64,000 bases of DNA from Candidatus Latescibacterota bacterium (GTDB lineage Bacteria; Latescibacterota; UBA2968), in assembly GCA_965198115.1 (NCBI GenBank), contig OZ240241.1:5120001-5184000 (forward strand), given 5' to 3'. The notes under the pieces are model-generated. The model saw only the letters and a program-made list of their open reading frames with translations, did no database searches and was not told the DNA's origin. The position numbers and the translations under genes were made by a program. This document shows positions 60,911-64,000 of this stretch, in pieces (position 1 is the stretch's first letter; every line of letters begins with the position of its first letter).

Positions 60911-62294
60911 GGCTATATCCGGATCTCTCAACGAGATGAAGTGGGTGAAGGTGCCGTGGTTCCTGGCATGGGGGCGCGGTTAGAGTGTGCGGAACCTCTT
61001 CGGAATCTGCTCAGGGATGTTTATGTCTCCGACGGTAAGGAAGATCATATCGTTGAATGCGTCGAGTGTGCGGAATCCGCTGGCTCGGTTCTTGACGATT
61101 TGGACGATTCGGTTGAGGCCTTCGGCGATGGCGTTGGTAAGACGCGTGTTCACGAATGCGAGGACGCCGAAGAAGTGCTGTCGCAGGGTCCTGACGAACT
61201 TTCGCAGGGGTTCAAGTCGACTTCTGAGTGCGGACGTCGTCCAGCATTTCAGGAAGCGTTCGGCAGCCCAGGGCGCTTTGTATTCCCAGAACTGCTCGAA
61301 CTCGTCCTTGAGTCTCCAGGCTCTATAGATTCGGTAGTTCGCCTTCTCCAGTGCTTTGAGTGTCCGAGTATCCCCTCTGGAGCGTGTCGCTGAGTGCCGG
61401 TAGAGGAGCCATCGGAGGCCCTTCATGGCTTTGCGCTCATCCGGGGCAGCTTTACGCCACTGGTCCTTACGGACCTCGTCAACGGCGGCATTGAGAGCCT
61501 TGACGATGTGAAAGCGATCGAGGACCAGCTTGGCATTCGGACAGTGTTCCTGGATGGCTCCGATGTAAGCTTCGCTCATGTCGCAGCAGGCCCACTCGAT
61601 CTTGGATCTCCGGTAGGGACTGAGAGCCTCTGTGAAGAACCGATCGATCGTTTTACGCGCCCTGCCGCGGCCAACCCACACCACGCAGGAGCGGTCCAGA
61701 TCGTAAACGAGCGTGGCGTACCTGTGACGCTTGGCGTAGGAGATCTCGTCGATCCCGATGGTTTTGAGCCCTCGGATACGATGACCTTCACGAAGCCGCG
61801 TGATGGATCGGTGAAGGAGATCCGACAGCGTCGAGGCAGAGATGCGCAGTAACTCGGACGCCGCCTTCTGCGTCATGGTCTGGCAGTAGCGCAACCGCTC
61901 CGCCCACGGAATCTCCTCGACCACACGACCGTGGGTAGGACACCGAATCTCCCGAGGATGGTAGAGAAGCCAGACCCTCCACCCGCACACCGGAATGTCA
62001 CGCCACCGACGCGGATGGGGCATTGTGCGGACGATTTTACCTCGACGGCCGCACTCCGGACAACAACAACCATTCTTATGTGGCTTTACGGCGATGACGA
62101 AACAGCTCCTCCCCTCAAACCACCAGCTGACAACACGGAACCCCTTGAATCTCAGCAGTTTCGATAGTAATCTGCTCCCGGTCATAGGTCGCACCCCCTT
62201 CGCTTTGATTGTCCTACACACACAACCAAGCGTAGGGAACGATCTATGACCTTGTCATTCTATAGTTTCACCGTTGAGAAACCCGGATAGAGCC
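60911..62294 (-). mobile_element. ISL3-family IS, copy 4 (1384 bp; 36-bp deletion allele)
   Basis: Terminal IRs; TTAAAAAA at 60903-60910 and 62295-62302. Confidence 0.97.
60980..62185 (-). CDS. ISL3-family transposase (12-aa deletion)
   Basis: Same deletion as copy 1. Confidence 0.95.
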   Translation of the reverse strand: MTGSRLLSKLLRFKGFRVVSWWFEGRSCFVIAVKPHKNGCCCPECGRRGKIVRTMPHPRRWRDIPVCGWRVWLLYHPREIRCPTHGRVVEEIPWAERLRYCQTMTQKAASELLRISASTLSDLLHRSITRLREGHRIRGLKTIGIDEISYAKRHRYATLVYDLDRSCVVWVGRGRARKTIDRFFTEALSPYRRSKIEWACCDMSEAYIGAIQEHCPNAKLVLDRFHIVKALNAAVDEVRKDQWRKAAPDERKAMKGLRWLLYRHSATRSRGDTRTLKALEKANYRIYRAWRLKDEFEQFWEYKAPWAAERFLKCWTTSALRSRLEPLRKFVRTLRQHFFGVLAFVNTRLTNAIAEGLNRIVQIVKNRASGFRTLDAFNDMIFLTVGDINIPEQIPKRFRTL

Positions 62295-62303
62295 TTAAAA
62301 AAG

Positions 62304-63723
62304 GGCTATATCCGGATCTCTCAACGAGATGAAGTGGGTGAAGGTGCCGTGGTTCCTGGCATGGGGGCGCGGTTAGCGTGTGCGGAACCTCTTCGGAATC
62401 TGCTCAGGGATGTTTATGTCTCCGACGGTAAGGAAGATCATATCGTTGAATGCGTCGAGTGTGCGGAATCCGCTGGCTCGGTTCTTGACGATTTGGACGA
62501 TTCGGTTGAGGCCTTCGGCGATGGCGTTGGTAAGACGCGTGTTCACGAATGCGAGGACGCCGAAGAAGTGCTGTCGCAGGGTCCTGACGAACTTTCGCAG
62601 GGGTTCAAGTCGACTTCTGAGTGCGGACGTCGTCCAGCATTTCAGGAAGCGTTCGGCAGCCCAGGGCGCTTTGTATTCCCAGAACTGCTCGAACTCGTCC
62701 TTGAGTCTCCAGGCTCTATAGATTCGGTAGTTCGCCTTCTCCAGTGCTTTGAGTGTCCGAGTATCCCCTCTGGAGCGTGTCGCTGAGTGCCGGTAGAGGA
62801 GCCATCGGAGGCCCTTCATGGCTTTGCGCTCATCCGGGGCAGCTTTACGCCACTGGTCCTTACGGACCTCGTCAACGGCGACATTGAGAGCCTTGACGAT
62901 GTGAAAGCGATCGAGGACCAGCTTGGCATTCGGACAGTGTTCCTGGATGGCTCCGATGTAAGCTTCGCTCATGTCGCAGCAGGCCCACTCGATCTTGGAT
63001 CTCTGGTAGGGACTGAGAGCCTCTGTGAAGAACCGATCGATCGTTTTACGCGCCCTGCCGCGGCCAACCCACACCACGCAGGAGCGGTCCAGATCGTAAA
63101 CGAGCGTGGCGTACCTGTGACGCTTGGCGTAGGAGATCTCGTCGATCCCGATGGTTTTGAGCCCTCGGATACGATGACCTTCACGAAGCCGCGTGATGGA
63201 TCGGTGAAGGAGATCCGACAGCGTCGAGGCAGAGATGCGCAGTAACTCGGACGCCGCCTTCTGCGTCAAGGTCTGGCAGTAGCGCAGCATGGCATACTCG
63301 AAGCGATACGTCACCCGAGAGAACCGCTCCGCCCACGGAATCTCCTCGACCACACGACCGTGGGTAGGACACCGAATCTCCCGAGGATGGTAGAGAAGCC
63401 AGACCCTCCACCCGCACACCGGAATGTCACGCCACCGACGCGGATGGGGCATTGTGCGGACGATTTTACCTCGACGGCCGCACTCCGGACAACAACAACC
63501 ATTCTTATGTGGCTTTACGGCGATGACGACGCAGCTTCTCCCCTCAAACCACCAGCTGACAACACGGAACCCCTTGAATCTCAGCAGTTTCGATAGTAAT
63601 CTGCTCCCGGTCATAGGTCGCACCCCCTTCGCTTTGATTGTCCTACACACACAACCAAGCGTAGGGAACGATCTATGACCTTGTCATTCTATAGTTTCAC
63701 CGTTGAGAAACCCGGATAGAGCC
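62304..63723 (-). mobile_element. ISL3-family IS, copy 5 (1420 bp)
   Basis: Terminal IRs; TAAAAAAG at 62296-62303 and 63724-63731. Confidence 0.97.
62373..63614 (-). CDS. ISL3-family transposase (full length)
   Basis: As copy 3 with private substitutions. Confidence 0.95.
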   Translation of the reverse strand: MTGSRLLSKLLRFKGFRVVSWWFEGRSCVVIAVKPHKNGCCCPECGRRGKIVRTMPHPRRWRDIPVCGWRVWLLYHPREIRCPTHGRVVEEIPWAERFSRVTYRFEYAMLRYCQTLTQKAASELLRISASTLSDLLHRSITRLREGHRIRGLKTIGIDEISYAKRHRYATLVYDLDRSCVVWVGRGRARKTIDRFFTEALSPYQRSKIEWACCDMSEAYIGAIQEHCPNAKLVLDRFHIVKALNVAVDEVRKDQWRKAAPDERKAMKGLRWLLYRHSATRSRGDTRTLKALEKANYRIYRAWRLKDEFEQFWEYKAPWAAERFLKCWTTSALRSRLEPLRKFVRTLRQHFFGVLAFVNTRLTNAIAEGLNRIVQIVKNRASGFRTLDAFNDMIFLTVGDINIPEQIPKRFRTR

Positions 63724-63730
63724 TAAAAAA

Positions 63731-64000
63731 GGCTATATCCGGATCTCTCAACGAGATGAAGTGGGTGAAGGTGCCGTGGTTCCTGGCATGGGGGCGCGGT
63801 TAGAGTGTGCGGAACCTCTTCGGAATCTGCTCAGGGATGTTTATGTCTCCGACGGTAAGGAAGATCATATCGTTGAATGCGTCGAGTGTGCGGAATCCGC
63901 TGGCTCGGTTCTTGACGATTTGGACGATTCGGTTGAGGCCTTCGGCGATGGCGTTGGTAAGACGCGTGTTCACGAATGCGAGGACGCCGAAGAAGTGCTG
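63731..64000 (-). mobile_element. ISL3-family IS, copy 6 (partial, runs off the window)
   Basis: Right IR at 63731 and the transposase 3' end (stop at 63800-63802). Confidence 0.95.

Overview
GC-rich bacterial chromosomal window with heterotrophic catabolic and signalling genes. It carries six PhyH-like 2OG/Fe(II) dioxygenases, three BNR/sialidase-like proteins, a sulfatase, a CE15 esterase, two HpcH aldolases, two DUF6785-type membrane proteins, several response regulators, FapA and MgtE. This gene mix resembles Latescibacterota/Poribacteria-like lineages (inference only). The dominant structure is an insertion-sequence bloom. There are six near-identical ISL3 copies (~1420 bp, 8-bp AT-rich target duplications). 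Three of them are stacked head-to-tail at one target at the right edge, and their overlapping duplications show serial re-insertion. Two ISAzo13 copies have non-matching flanks. ISL3 disrupts a TonB-dependent receptor, a large HEAT-repeat protein and a PhyH gene, and abuts a truncated propeller/PDZ gene. About eight further chromosomal genes are frameshifted or fused by deletion. Intergenic DNA holds several REP-like palindrome families, including a nested hairpin cassette repeated three times. No rRNA, tRNA or CRISPR array was recognised. All calls come from reading motifs; no database searches were run.
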